DNA of 64,000 nucleotides from Vulcanimicrobiota bacterium (GTDB taxonomy: Bacteria > Vulcanimicrobiota > Vulcanimicrobiia > Vulcanimicrobiales > Vulcanimicrobiaceae), in contig CAVTCS010000003.1 in NCBI GenBank assembly GCA_963733295.1, positions 160,001-224,000 on the forward strand, in the 5' to 3' direction. Position 1 is the stretch's first letter, and every line of letters starts with the position of its first letter. Positions 54,579 through 63,886 of this stretch are shown one piece after another. The notes beneath the pieces were generated by a model, which searched no databases, was not told where the DNA came from, and saw only the letters and a list, made by a program, of their open reading frames with translations. The translations under genes were made by a program, and so were the position numbers.

Positions 54579-56419
54579 TTTACCACCTGAATGTTGAATC
54601 CGTTGACGCCGTACGGCGAGCCCCAGCGATAGTATCCGCCCCAGTTGAAGTAATACGCGCGGGAAATATCGATGCTCAAGATCGAGTTGACCTTGAAACG
54701 TACGTCGAAGGTCGCTTGATTCGGCGGCACGCCGACTTGAGGCTGCGACTGCTGCTGTGGAATTGCGATGGGGAAGTCGTCGTCGGTGCGCATGGAAGCT
54801 GAGAAGGTCAATCCGGGATTCGGCGTCACCAGTATCTGTCCCGTGAGCGCGCGGGTCGTCGCGAAACCCCGGAAGGCTCTGTACTCCGGATAGAGCACGT
54901 TACCGATCCCGACGCCGGCGAACGAAGGGTAGGCGTCGCTCTGATCGAGCTCGTTGTTGTAGCGATCCGATACGTTGAGGTTCGTATATTGAACGAGCGT
55001 CTGCACGTGCGTCACGATTTCTTTGCTCAACGAGAGCGTCAGCTGCGTCGTGTCGACGTGGTGCGGAAGCGGCGAAGACCACTGGATCTGTTTGTCGAGC
55101 GTGGCGTTGAATTGCGTATCGTAGGCGGCGCCGCGGTGGTCGCGGCCGATGCGCACCGACGGCGAGAGCAGCGTTATGCCTAGAGTGCGCGTGTAGAGCG
55201 TGACGTAGGCGGGATTAAACGGCGGGGTGAGTCCGAGCGTCGACAGCGGGGTCGGTTCGTTGTGCGCGTATCCCAGACCCGAGCGCAGGCGGAAATACAG
55301 AGGCAGATGGTCGACCTGGTTTTGATAGCCTTGCCAGGTAAGCGAAATGTTCAACGGGTGATCGGGACCCCACGCGTGGACCGGCGCGCCGTAGTAGTAC
55401 ATCCCGTCGATCGGTGCGGGCATCGCGAGCAGGCTCTCGTAGTACCAGATCGGCGTGATTTGGATTCCGGAACGCGGAAGGGCGAGGTTGATTTGCGGTT
55501 GTACCGTCGCCGTCGCCTGGAGCGGCTGCGTGAAACCCGACTGAAATGCGTTCTCCTGGAGCGCCGGCGAGATCTCGATAGCTGGAGCGGGATGCACGAA
55601 GCCCAGCAGATTGTACTGCTTCTCGGGACGCGTTAGCGGATTGATCGACGCAACGATGTAGTGATCGTCGCTGACCTGGTGCTGCTCGAGCGCGAAGTAG
55701 ACGCCGTTCATCGTGCTGTAGCGCAAGTGCAGCGTCGAGAGCGCGTGGGAGCCGCCGAGAAAATCGTACGGACCGTCGACGTTCGCCGGCGCGAGCGCGT
55801 TCTGCGCGAAGTTGGGGTTGGGTGAGTACAGCAGAAAGTATCCCGGAAAAGGCACCTTCGCGATTCCGAAGTTGATCGTCGCGGGCCAGAAATGGACGCT
55901 CTGGCGTGGATCGACGACCGCCTTCGTCGCCGTCAAAAAAATGCGTTCGGTCGAAACGTCGGGGAGGTAGAACGCGTCGCCCGGCATTTCGCGGCCGCGC
56001 AGCGGATGTGCGTAGTCGCCGTCGACATAGGTCCAGCGGTCGGGCTCCGCTCCGACCGGCAAGAAATAAACGCGATCGAAATCGAAATAGTAGGCGAGCG
56101 CCGCCCCCTCCAGCGAGACGTCGCCGCGCTCGACCGTCACGTTTCCCGCAACGAGGAAGCGGTTGAGACGAAGGTCCATGAAAAATGTGTTTGCGCTGAT
56201 GACCGTGCCGTCGCCCAGCCGTACGACGACCGATCCTTGCGCCCCCACGATATAGCGGCTGCTGTAGAATGCGATCGTTTTTGCTCGCAGACTGAAGGGA
56301 CCGAGCCGGGCGGGATGCGTTTTGACGACCGCGCTCGCGGTTTCCGCCGCACCGGCGCGCGCCGCGGTCGCGGCAACGAGTGCGCAGAGAATCGTGATGC
56401 GCCGGAGAAAATTTGTCAA
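54575..56419 (-). CDS. LptD/OstA-like outer-membrane protein (copy 1)
   Basis: Probable TTG at 56419 followed by a signal peptide; ANTFFMDLRLNRFLVAGNVTV; aromatic-rich beta C-terminus paralogous to 52061-53674. Confidence 0.55.
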   Translation of the reverse strand: MTNFLRRITILCALVAATAARAGAAETASAVVKTHPARLGPFSLRAKTIAFYSSRYIVGAQGSVVVRLGDGTVISANTFFMDLRLNRFLVAGNVTVERGDVSLEGAALAYYFDFDRVYFLPVGAEPDRWTYVDGDYAHPLRGREMPGDAFYLPDVSTERIFLTATKAVVDPRQSVHFWPATINFGIAKVPFPGYFLLYSPNPNFAQNALAPANVDGPYDFLGGSHALSTLHLRYSTMNGVYFALEQHQVSDDHYIVASINPLTRPEKQYNLLGFVHPAPAIEISPALQENAFQSGFTQPLQATATVQPQINLALPRSGIQITPIWYYESLLAMPAPIDGMYYYGAPVHAWGPDHPLNISLTWQGYQNQVDHLPLYFRLRSGLGYAHNEPTPLSTLGLTPPFNPAYVTLYTRTLGITLLSPSVRIGRDHRGAAYDTQFNATLDKQIQWSSPLPHHVDTTQLTLSLSKEIVTHVQTLVQYTNLNVSDRYNNELDQSDAYPSFAGVGIGNVLYPEYRAFRGFATTRALTGQILVTPNPGLTFSASMRTDDDFPIAIPQQQSQPQVGVPPNQATFDVRFKVNSILSIDISRAYYFNWGGYYRWGSPYGVNGFNIQVVK

Positions 56420-56491
56420 ACGTGTTCCCTGCACAGTTTGGTGAACGAAGTGGTTGAAGGCATCGTTCACTCGAGTCAGAAGCGCGGCCGT

Positions 56492-57637
56492 ATGGCACGC
56501 GGCATCGTGATCGTCCTCGATTCGGGCGGCATCGGCGCGCTCGGCGACGCGGCCGCTTACGGCGATGCGCCCGGCGCCAATACGATCGGCAACACGGCGC
56601 AGAGCGTCGGCGGTCTTTCCTTACCCAACTTCGAGCGCTTGGGCCTGGGGTGTTTGACGCCGATTCGGGGCGTGCGCCCGGTTGCCGCACCGGCCGCGTT
56701 CGTCGAGAAGCTCGACGAATCGTCAAAGGGCAAGGACACGATCACCGGCCACTGGGAGATGGCGGGCATCCACACGGAGGTCCCGTTTCCGACCTATCCC
56801 CACGGGTTTCCCCCCGAGGTCGTCGAGGCGTTCGCGGCGATCTGCGGCGCGCCGCCGCTCGGCAACGTGGCCGCCTCGGGCACGGAGATCATCGAGCGGC
56901 TGGGAGCGCAGCACCTTGCGACCGGGCGGCCGATCCTCTACACCTCGGCGGACTCGGTCTTCCAAGTGGCCGCCCACGAAGCGATCGTGCCGCTGCCGCG
57001 TCTGTACGACTGGTGTGAGGCTGCACGGGCCATGCTCGTGCCTCCGAACGAAGTCAACCGCGTGATCGCGCGCCCGTTCGCCGGCAGTCCGGGGCGCTTC
57101 GAGCGCACCCCGAACCGGCGCGACTTCGCGCTCGATCCACCCCAAAACGTTCTGGACCGGATGGCGGCGGCCAACGTCGAAGTGCACGCCGTTGGCAAGA
57201 TCTGCGATATTTTTAACGGACGTAGCATTGCGACTTCCGTCCGGGTCAGCGATAACGAAGAGGCGATGGAACGAACGTTCGAGATCCTGCACTCGATCGA
57301 GCGTGGGTTCGTTTTCGTGAATCTGAACGACTTCGACAGCAAGTACGGACACCGTCGAGACGTCCGCGGCTATGCGTCTGCCCTGGAGCGCCTGGATCGG
57401 CGCGTCCCGGAGCTCGAGGCGGCGCTCCGGCCGGGTGACGTGGCGATCTTTACGGCGGATCACGGGTGCGATCCCACCGCGCCCGGCAGCGACCACACGC
57501 GCGAATACCTCCCCTACCTCGAGCTCGGTGTCCGCCGCGGTTCCTCCAAGGGGACCGCAGGTCTCGACGTCGTCGGCCGGCGGATGAGCGATCTGCTGGT
57601 TTCGGGAGTTCAAACGGTGGGCACCCCGTCATCGTGA
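56492..57637 (+). CDS. deoB: Phosphopentomutase
   Basis: IVLDSGGIG, SKGKDTITGHWE, YTSADSVFQ, RVIARPF, YGHRRD, TADHGCDPT, DHTRE. Confidence 0.95.
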   Translation: MARGIVIVLDSGGIGALGDAAAYGDAPGANTIGNTAQSVGGLSLPNFERLGLGCLTPIRGVRPVAAPAAFVEKLDESSKGKDTITGHWEMAGIHTEVPFPTYPHGFPPEVVEAFAAICGAPPLGNVAASGTEIIERLGAQHLATGRPILYTSADSVFQVAAHEAIVPLPRLYDWCEAARAMLVPPNEVNRVIARPFAGSPGRFERTPNRRDFALDPPQNVLDRMAAANVEVHAVGKICDIFNGRSIATSVRVSDNEEAMERTFEILHSIERGFVFVNLNDFDSKYGHRRDVRGYASALERLDRRVPELEAALRPGDVAIFTADHGCDPTAPGSDHTREYLPYLELGVRRGSSKGTAGLDVVGRRMSDLLVSGVQTVGTPSS

Positions 57638-58320
57638 CGCAACGCGCCGACGTTCAGCCATTCAGCGCTCCGCTTTTGCCGCGTTCCGAAAGCAGCGCCA
57701 AGCCGCGCCGCGTGCCGAAGTCCTGGCATTTCCTCAAACGCGCGACCGACGTAGCGGTCGGCGGAGCGGCCCTGATCGGGTTGTCGCCGCTGGTTGCGGC
57801 CGCGGCCGTCGGCGTGATGGTGGTCTCACCCGGCTCGCCTTTCTTCTTACAGCAGCGCGTCGGGAAGGACGGGCGGCGCTTCTTCTTGCTGAAGTTGCGG
57901 ACGATGGTCGACGGCGCCCATTTGCGCCACTCCGAGATGCGCGACCTGAACGAAGTCGCCGGTCCCGTCTTGAAGATCAGGAACGATCCGCGCTTGCATC
58001 CGCTGGGCAAATTCCTGCGCCGGACGAGCATCGACGAACTGCCGAATCTGGTGAACGTTCTGTTGGGTCAGATGTCGATCGTCGGTCCCCGGCCGCCCCT
58101 TCCGTGCGAAGTCGAACATTACGACGAGTTCGCGTTGCGCCGGCTGAGCGTTAAGCCGGGGATCACCTGCCTTTGGCAGATCAACGGCCGCTCCAACGTG
58201 TCCTTCGAAAAGTGGATGCAACTCGATAACCACTACATCGACACTTGGTCGCCGCTCATCGATCTCGCGATCATGGCGCGCACCGTTCCGGCCGTGTTGC
58301 GCGGCGAGGGCGCTCATTAA
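57634..58320 (+). CDS. Sugar transferase (initiating phosphoglycosyl transferase, WcaJ/WbaP C-terminal type)
   Basis: KRATD, KLRTM, NDPR, FLRRTSIDELP, MSIVGPRP, KPGIT. Confidence 0.9.
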   Translation: MTQRADVQPFSAPLLPRSESSAKPRRVPKSWHFLKRATDVAVGGAALIGLSPLVAAAAVGVMVVSPGSPFFLQQRVGKDGRRFFLLKLRTMVDGAHLRHSEMRDLNEVAGPVLKIRNDPRLHPLGKFLRRTSIDELPNLVNVLLGQMSIVGPRPPLPCEVEHYDEFALRRLSVKPGITCLWQINGRSNVSFEKWMQLDNHYIDTWSPLIDLAIMARTVPAVLRGEGAH

Positions 58321-58390
58321 GGCGCATCTCCGCCCGCTGCCCTCGATCGCGCCGAGCCACGTTTCGCTCGCGCGCTCCACGCTCGTCGTC

Positions 58391-59935
58391 ATGGGAGCCA
58401 CGCTCGCTTCAAGTCTGCTCGGTTTTGCGCGCGAAGTAGTAAACGCGCGCTACTACGGGACGCAAGTCGAGATGGACTCGTTCCTCGCCGCGGCGGTCAT
58501 ACCGACGATTCTTTTCGGCGTCTTCAACGGTGCGCTGGTCAGCGCGCTGGTGCCGGTATTTTCCGAATTCGTGGCGCGCGGCGACGAAGACGGCGCGTGG
58601 CGCTTGGCGAGTACGGTTTTCAACGGACTGTTCCTCACGCTGACTGCGTTCGCAGTGTGCGGCTGGCTGCTCGCACCCTTCTACGTGCCCGTCATCGCGC
58701 AAGGCTTTCACGGGACGCAGCTGGCGATGACGATCGAGATTACGCGTTGGCTCATGCCGACGGTCGTCGCCACGAGTTTGGCCGGTGTGGTCAGCGCGAT
58801 GCTGAACGCGCACCATCGCTTTTCGGCCTCTGCCGTACAAGGGATGGCGCTGAACATCGTGACCATCGCGGCCGTCGTCGCATTCCAACCGCACCTGGGA
58901 ATATTCGCGCTGGTCCTCGGCACCTCGCTCGGACTGTTTGCCCAGCTGCTCGTGCAGCTCCCCGCCGTGCTGCGCAACCGCATGTACCGCTTTACGCTCG
59001 ATCTGCACCATCCCGGCCTGCAGAAGATCGGCGCGATGCTCGGGCCGATCGTGGTCGGCTCGGCTGCCGGTCAAACTGCGATTTTCTTCGACCGTCACTT
59101 CGCCTCCACGCTCGGCACCGGAAACATCTCGGGAATGAACTACGCGACGAAGCTGGTCGGGTTTCCGCAGCAGATCTTCGCGACCGCGATCGCGACGGTG
59201 ATCTTCCCGTTGCTCGCGTCGCAATTCGCGATCGCCAACCGTGCGGGCGTCCGCCGCAGCGTCGTGATGGGCCTGCGCCTCGTGAACTTGGTGACCGTAC
59301 CGTCGGTCTTCGGGTTGATCTTTCTGGCCCATCCGATCGTAGCGGCGCTTTTTCAGCGCGGCGAATTCGGACCCTCGGCGACCGAGCTCACCTCGAGTTT
59401 GCTGCCGTTCTCGGCGATCGGGCTCGTCGGAGTTGCAGCCAGCATCGTCTTGACGCGCTGCGGCTTCGCTTGCAAGGAGACGCGCTGGACGGTCGGCATT
59501 TCCGTGTTCGCGGTCGTCTTGAACGTCGTGCTTTCGGTCACGTGGCTGCCGACGCTCGGCGCGCGCGGGCTGCTCCTGGCGAATTCGGTCAGTCAGTGGA
59601 CGCAGGCGGCGTTGCTGCTCGTTCTCATTTGGCGCCTCACGAATGGCCTCGATTGGAAGACGATCCTCGGTTCGGCTGCGCGCATCGTCGTCTGCTCGCT
59701 GGCGATGGTGATCGCGCTGCATTGGATCGCGTCGCTCGGCGTTGTCGTCGGCAGCTCGTTCGTAGCGCGCGCCACGTTCCTGCTCGGACAACTCTTCATC
59801 GCGACGCTCGTCTTTCTGGGTATGGCGCGGCTGGTCCGCGTGGAAGAACTCGGCATCGCCTTCCGGCTCATCTTGCAAAAGTTCGAAAGCCGCACTCCGA
59901 GCCCGCCGGAGAATCGCGAGGTTCCGATTGCCTGA
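58391..59935 (+). CDS. murJ: Lipid II flippase MurJ (MviN)
   Basis: SLLGFARE, DSF..A..IP, GAL.SALVPVF, LFQRGEF; about 14 TM segments. The start may be about 18 codons upstream. Confidence 0.88.
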   Translation: MGATLASSLLGFAREVVNARYYGTQVEMDSFLAAAVIPTILFGVFNGALVSALVPVFSEFVARGDEDGAWRLASTVFNGLFLTLTAFAVCGWLLAPFYVPVIAQGFHGTQLAMTIEITRWLMPTVVATSLAGVVSAMLNAHHRFSASAVQGMALNIVTIAAVVAFQPHLGIFALVLGTSLGLFAQLLVQLPAVLRNRMYRFTLDLHHPGLQKIGAMLGPIVVGSAAGQTAIFFDRHFASTLGTGNISGMNYATKLVGFPQQIFATAIATVIFPLLASQFAIANRAGVRRSVVMGLRLVNLVTVPSVFGLIFLAHPIVAALFQRGEFGPSATELTSSLLPFSAIGLVGVAASIVLTRCGFACKETRWTVGISVFAVVLNVVLSVTWLPTLGARGLLLANSVSQWTQAALLLVLIWRLTNGLDWKTILGSAARIVVCSLAMVIALHWIASLGVVVGSSFVARATFLLGQLFIATLVFLGMARLVRVEELGIAFRLILQKFESRTPSPPENREVPIA

Positions 59936-61229
59936 GCGTTTTCTGACCGGTTTCCGGCGTATCTACAGTAGCGACTTCGTCCGTCACGGGTTGATCATCT
60001 TCGCGGCCTCGATGATCGTGAACGTGTTCGGATATCTCTACCATTCGCTCAACAGCCGGCGGCTCGGCGTCGAAGGTTACGGCGTGCTCTCGGCCCTCAA
60101 CGCGGCTTACATGATCAGCTTGTTCGTTCCGGCGATTCTATCGACCGTCGTGGTCAAGTACGCCGCGGAGTTCAGGGCGCTCGAAGACGCGGAACATCTC
60201 AGCGCGCTCGGACGCGCGGTTACGAAGTACGTCGGCGCGGCCGCAGTCGCGGCGATCGTCTTGGGTTCGCTGCTCGTTCTGCCGGCCGGGCGCTTCCTGC
60301 ACATCGCCGACGCCTGGTCGATCGAATTGATCGCGCTCGTGATCGGATTGTCTCTACTCCTGAACGTGCTGCGCGGAGTTTTGCAAGGCGTCGAAAACTT
60401 TCGCGGCTTCGCTCTCTCGACGATGCTCGAGTCGCTCCTCAAGACGGTGCTCGGCGTGGGCCTCGTCTATGCGGGCTACGGCGTGGTGGGCGCGCTCGGC
60501 GGCTGGTTGACCGGGACGATCGTTGCGCTCGCGTTTACCTTGTGGACGGTCTTGTGGCCTCACCGCAACAGAGCGCGCGTGCCGCTTCACCTCGACCTCC
60601 GCCGTCTGGTCTTGACCAGCGCCAACGTCGCGCTCTCGATCCTGCTCATCACGAGCCTTGGCTACTCCGACGTGCTGCTGGTCAAACACTACAGCGATGC
60701 GACGACCGCCGGCCTTTACGGAGCGCTCTCGCTCAGCGGGAAGATGCTTTTCTTCCTGGTCGCCTTCGTGCCGACCGTCGTGCTGCCCAAGGCATCGCGC
60801 CGCGCCGCGGGAGGTGCCAGTCCGCTTCCGCTGCTGGTGCTGGCGGTCGGAAGCGTCATCCTGCTCGCGGGTTCCGGCCTCTTCCTCTACTTCGCGTTCC
60901 CATCGCGGGTCGTCACGTTGCTGGCCGGCAAAGCCTTCGCCTCGGCGGCCCCGCTCGTTTTCCCCTACGGTATTGCGACGGTCTTTCTCGCGATCCTCAA
61001 CGCGGTCGTCTTCTATAAGATGGCGATCCACCGCTTCGACTTCTTGGTGCCGCTGACGCTAGTCGCCGTCGCCGAAGTCGCCGGCATCGCCCTGCGCCAC
61101 GATTCGCTGGCGCACGTGATCGAAGTCTTGATTGTCGCGAACGGCGTCGCGCTCGTTGCCGCGCTCTATCGCGTCAACGTGCCGCTCGATTCGCGCAAGG
61201 CCGCGCCGGCATCCGGCGCCGCGGCCTAG
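59928..61229 (+). CDS. Oligosaccharide flippase (Wzx/MOP family)
   Basis: RRLGVEGYG, DVLLVKHY, AGLYGA; about 12 TM segments. Confidence 0.8.
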   Translation: MPERFLTGFRRIYSSDFVRHGLIIFAASMIVNVFGYLYHSLNSRRLGVEGYGVLSALNAAYMISLFVPAILSTVVVKYAAEFRALEDAEHLSALGRAVTKYVGAAAVAAIVLGSLLVLPAGRFLHIADAWSIELIALVIGLSLLLNVLRGVLQGVENFRGFALSTMLESLLKTVLGVGLVYAGYGVVGALGGWLTGTIVALAFTLWTVLWPHRNRARVPLHLDLRRLVLTSANVALSILLITSLGYSDVLLVKHYSDATTAGLYGALSLSGKMLFFLVAFVPTVVLPKASRRAAGGASPLPLLVLAVGSVILLAGSGLFLYFAFPSRVVTLLAGKAFASAAPLVFPYGIATVFLAILNAVVFYKMAIHRFDFLVPLTLVAVAEVAGIALRHDSLAHVIEVLIVANGVALVAALYRVNVPLDSRKAAPASGAAA

Positions 61230-61256
61230 TTCCCGGCGCGGGAAACGAAGCCGCGG

Positions 61257-61655
61257 CTAGAACTGCTTGACGTTGAGCAGGCCTGCTGCGCGGAAGGCTT
61301 CGATCACCTTGCCGACCGTGTCGCTGGTCGCCGAATAGGCCACGACGCTGCGTCCCCGGCCGAGTGCTTCGAGGTAGTTGTCGCTTTCGCCATCGGGGAT
61401 GTTGAAGTCGCCTAGCCGCCCGATGAGCGAGTCGTCGGCTTTGACCGTGACGCCGGAACCGGAGTTGATGCCGGGCACCGAAGCTCCGCCGTCGGAAGTA
61501 AGCAGCTCGGAACCGATCATCGCCCCCGGGATGAGGTCGATGTCGCCGCCGTCGATGACGTCCAAACGATCGCCGTCAAGCGCAGCTGCCTTCAGCGCAT
61601 CGCGCAACGGCTCCACGTTGGCACTCTGCGAAAGTCCGACTACGATAAACCCCAT
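61257..61655 (-). CDS. Hypothetical protein (general-stress-like)
   Basis: GGAGG RBS; C-terminal IP..E.DNY.EAL..G..VV pattern. Confidence 0.6.
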   Translation of the reverse strand: MGFIVVGLSQSANVEPLRDALKAAALDGDRLDVIDGGDIDLIPGAMIGSELLTSDGGASVPGINSGSGVTVKADDSLIGRLGDFNIPDGESDNYLEALGRGRSVVAYSATSDTVGKVIEAFRAAGLLNVKQF

Positions 61656-61709
61656 GCTACCTCCGAGATAGAAGCGAGCCGGTCACGTTCGGGGTCGGGG
61701 CTTCGCGCC

Positions 61710-62582
61710 CTACGGGTGAGTTTCCATCGTCCTGCTAATCGAACTGCCGGAGGACGCGGAATTCACCGGACCGCCGAACGGCACGTCGTGCCAGCAGGCG
61801 AGGACCGCGGCGCCGAGGCCGACGAGCCAAACGAGCGCCATGACGGCCCAGCCGACGACGGGCAAAATCTCGGCCGCGCTGATCAGCACGAGTCCGAGCA
61901 CGAGCGCGGTGAGCGGCGAGGGCGTCGCGTGCGGCCGCGCGAGTTCGTATAAGCGCCGTCCGACGAGCAGAGCAACCGCGGCTTGTCCGATCCAAACGCC
62001 GGCGAACAACGCGGCGATCTCGAGCACGATCAGCGGTATGCCGACGATGCTCAACAGCAGCAGGATCGCGACGGGCATCACCGCGACGAGCGCCAGCGTC
62101 CCCGTTCCGGCCGAGATGACCGGATAGCGTTCGACGCGATCGAGCGCGACGCGCACGCGCACCGGAAACAACAAGAAGGCGAAAACGACGACGACGTCCC
62201 AGGCCAATTGCTCGAAGAGCCGGCGGTTTTCACCGAACACGTCGCCGGCAAAGCCGCCGGGCGTGACCCACGGCGCGAACATGCCGAGGGAACCTGAGTC
62301 GAACAGATAATTGACGGTACCGTCGATTGCGCAGTTGTCGAGTTGATCGAACGAACCGAAATAGACGTTCACGTTGCCCGAGATCGTCGCGTCGCTGCAA
62401 CTCGCCTTGGCGAAAAGGACGTTCAGGTCGCCCTCGACGTCGTCGCCGTCGATCTCGGTATTGTGGAACCACACCGTGCGGCCGTGACTGTACGTCTTCG
62501 CCGAAGCCACCGAAGCCGCAAAACCGAAGAGCACGAGCGTCAGGGCGAGCGCGGCGAGCGCCCGCAGCGAAAGGGCTCGCAT
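61710..62582 (-). CDS. Membrane protein with short beta-helix (bactofilin-like) N-terminal domain
   Basis: Signal peptide, V.GD/I.GNV/I.GTV repeats, about five C-terminal TMs. ATG overlaps the anti-sigma stop. Confidence 0.65.
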   Translation of the reverse strand: MRALSLRALAALALTLVLFGFAASVASAKTYSHGRTVWFHNTEIDGDDVEGDLNVLFAKASCSDATISGNVNVYFGSFDQLDNCAIDGTVNYLFDSGSLGMFAPWVTPGGFAGDVFGENRRLFEQLAWDVVVVFAFLLFPVRVRVALDRVERYPVISAGTGTLALVAVMPVAILLLLSIVGIPLIVLEIAALFAGVWIGQAAVALLVGRRLYELARPHATPSPLTALVLGLVLISAAEILPVVGWAVMALVWLVGLGAAVLACWHDVPFGGPVNSASSGSSISRTMETHP

Positions 62583-63139
62583 CAGAAACCCGCTCGCGTG
62601 CGCGCGCTGCGGGTTGCGAATCGCGGTCGCAACAGGTTGACTCCCACGAAGACGATCGCCACCGCGACCAAGTCGAAGCCCAAGATGGCTGCCATCGCAG
62701 CCGAGACGGGAAGGCTCTGTCCGGCGAGCAGGCGCGACGTCGACTCGGCGACGGCACCGAAGGTGGCCGCTCCGCTCAGCAGCGAGCCGGTGATGAATCC
62801 GAGTGCGGAATGCGCCGAGCTTCTTCCGAGGATGAAGAAGAAGCCGATGACGCTCCAGGCAAAGGCGAGGTAGGTACCGAGAACCGGCAACGCGTGAACG
62901 CGTGAGGAGTGCGGCAGCGACAGCGTCCGCACCTCGGCCATCACCGCAAAGGCAAAGTTCGGGGCGGGCTCCAGACGCCGCGGCGTCAGTAAGAGTGCAT
63001 CGATGACGCGCAATTCGGCGAGCAGCGAACCGCACGAAGCGCAGTCCTCGACGTGCGCCGCAACGCGAGCGTGGGTTTCGAGTGGGAGCGTGCCGTCGAC
63101 GAATTCGTCGAGCAGCGGCTCAGAAGACGAGCAGCGCAT
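62582..63139 (-). CDS. Zinc-finger (zf-HC2) membrane anti-sigma factor
   Basis: HVEDCASC (HxxxCxxC) followed by TM segments; downstream of the ECF sigma. Confidence 0.88.
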   Translation of the reverse strand: MRCSSSEPLLDEFVDGTLPLETHARVAAHVEDCASCGSLLAELRVIDALLLTPRRLEPAPNFAFAVMAEVRTLSLPHSSRVHALPVLGTYLAFAWSVIGFFFILGRSSAHSALGFITGSLLSGAATFGAVAESTSRLLAGQSLPVSAAMAAILGFDLVAVAIVFVGVNLLRPRFATRSARTRAGF

Positions 63140-63776
63140 GCTTGATTCCTCCGGACGGCGGTGTCGTGCGTGTCACGGCGCTCGACTCTTCCAGCGCGCG
63201 AGCTTCGCGGTCGCGAAGCTTCTGCGCGAGAGCGAGTTTCCCGCGGTGAATGAGAGTCTTGACGTTTCCGAGTGATAACCCCATCGTCTGCGCGATCGCT
63301 TGATACTCCATGTTGTCGTAGTAGCGCAACGCGAGGACGGTACGCGTTCGTTCCGGTAGTTCGGCGAGCGCGCCGCGCACGTCGCTCTCGGCCTCCGCAC
63401 GCAGCACGCCGCCCGCGGGGTCCGCTTCGCGCGACGTGTCGGGCAACGCGTTTTCGAGCGAGCGGTCTTCGCCGAGATCTTGAGCCTGCGGGCGGCGTAG
63501 AGACTTTCCCAAGTGCGTCCGCACGACGTTCCGGGCGATGTGGTAGATCCAGGTCGAGAAGCGGCCGAGGCTCGGGTTGAAGGTCCCGAGGTGCGCGTAC
63601 GCGCGCAAAAAAGTCTCCTGCGAGAGGTCGGCGACGTCGGCTGGGCTGCGCACTCCGGCGCTGATGAAGTTTGTAATGCCTCGCTTGTAACGGTCGACCA
63701 GAACGGCGAACCTCTCGCGGTCGCCGTCGAGAACGAGCTGGACCAACTCCTCGTCGGCCTGCCCTTCGATCGTCAT
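63120..63776 (-). CDS. ECF RNA polymerase sigma factor (SigW/SigE-like)
   Basis: DLSQETFLRAY, FSTWIYHIARN, LPER.R..L.LRY, GNVKTLIHRG; GGAGGAGG RBS. Confidence 0.93.
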   Translation of the reverse strand: MTIEGQADEELVQLVLDGDRERFAVLVDRYKRGITNFISAGVRSPADVADLSQETFLRAYAHLGTFNPSLGRFSTWIYHIARNVVRTHLGKSLRRPQAQDLGEDRSLENALPDTSREADPAGGVLRAEAESDVRGALAELPERTRTVLALRYYDNMEYQAIAQTMGLSLGNVKTLIHRGKLALAQKLRDREARALEESSAVTRTTPPSGGIKHALLVF

Positions 63777-63805
63777 CCTCCTCCGATTCTTGATTCCGCC
63801 CGTTC

Positions 63806-63830
63806 TACCATTGGATGGCGTAAAGGTTGC
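63806..63830 (-). promoter_or_regulatory. Possible autoregulatory ECF promoter
   Basis: GCAAC-N16-GGTA on the minus strand about 30 nt upstream of the ECF start; resembles the SigW-type AAC...CGTA spacing. Confidence 0.35.
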
Positions 63831-63886
63831 GCGGGGCCGTTTTGGCGCCGAGATGAGCCCCCGTCGAGCGCGCGGAACGGCGCCCT

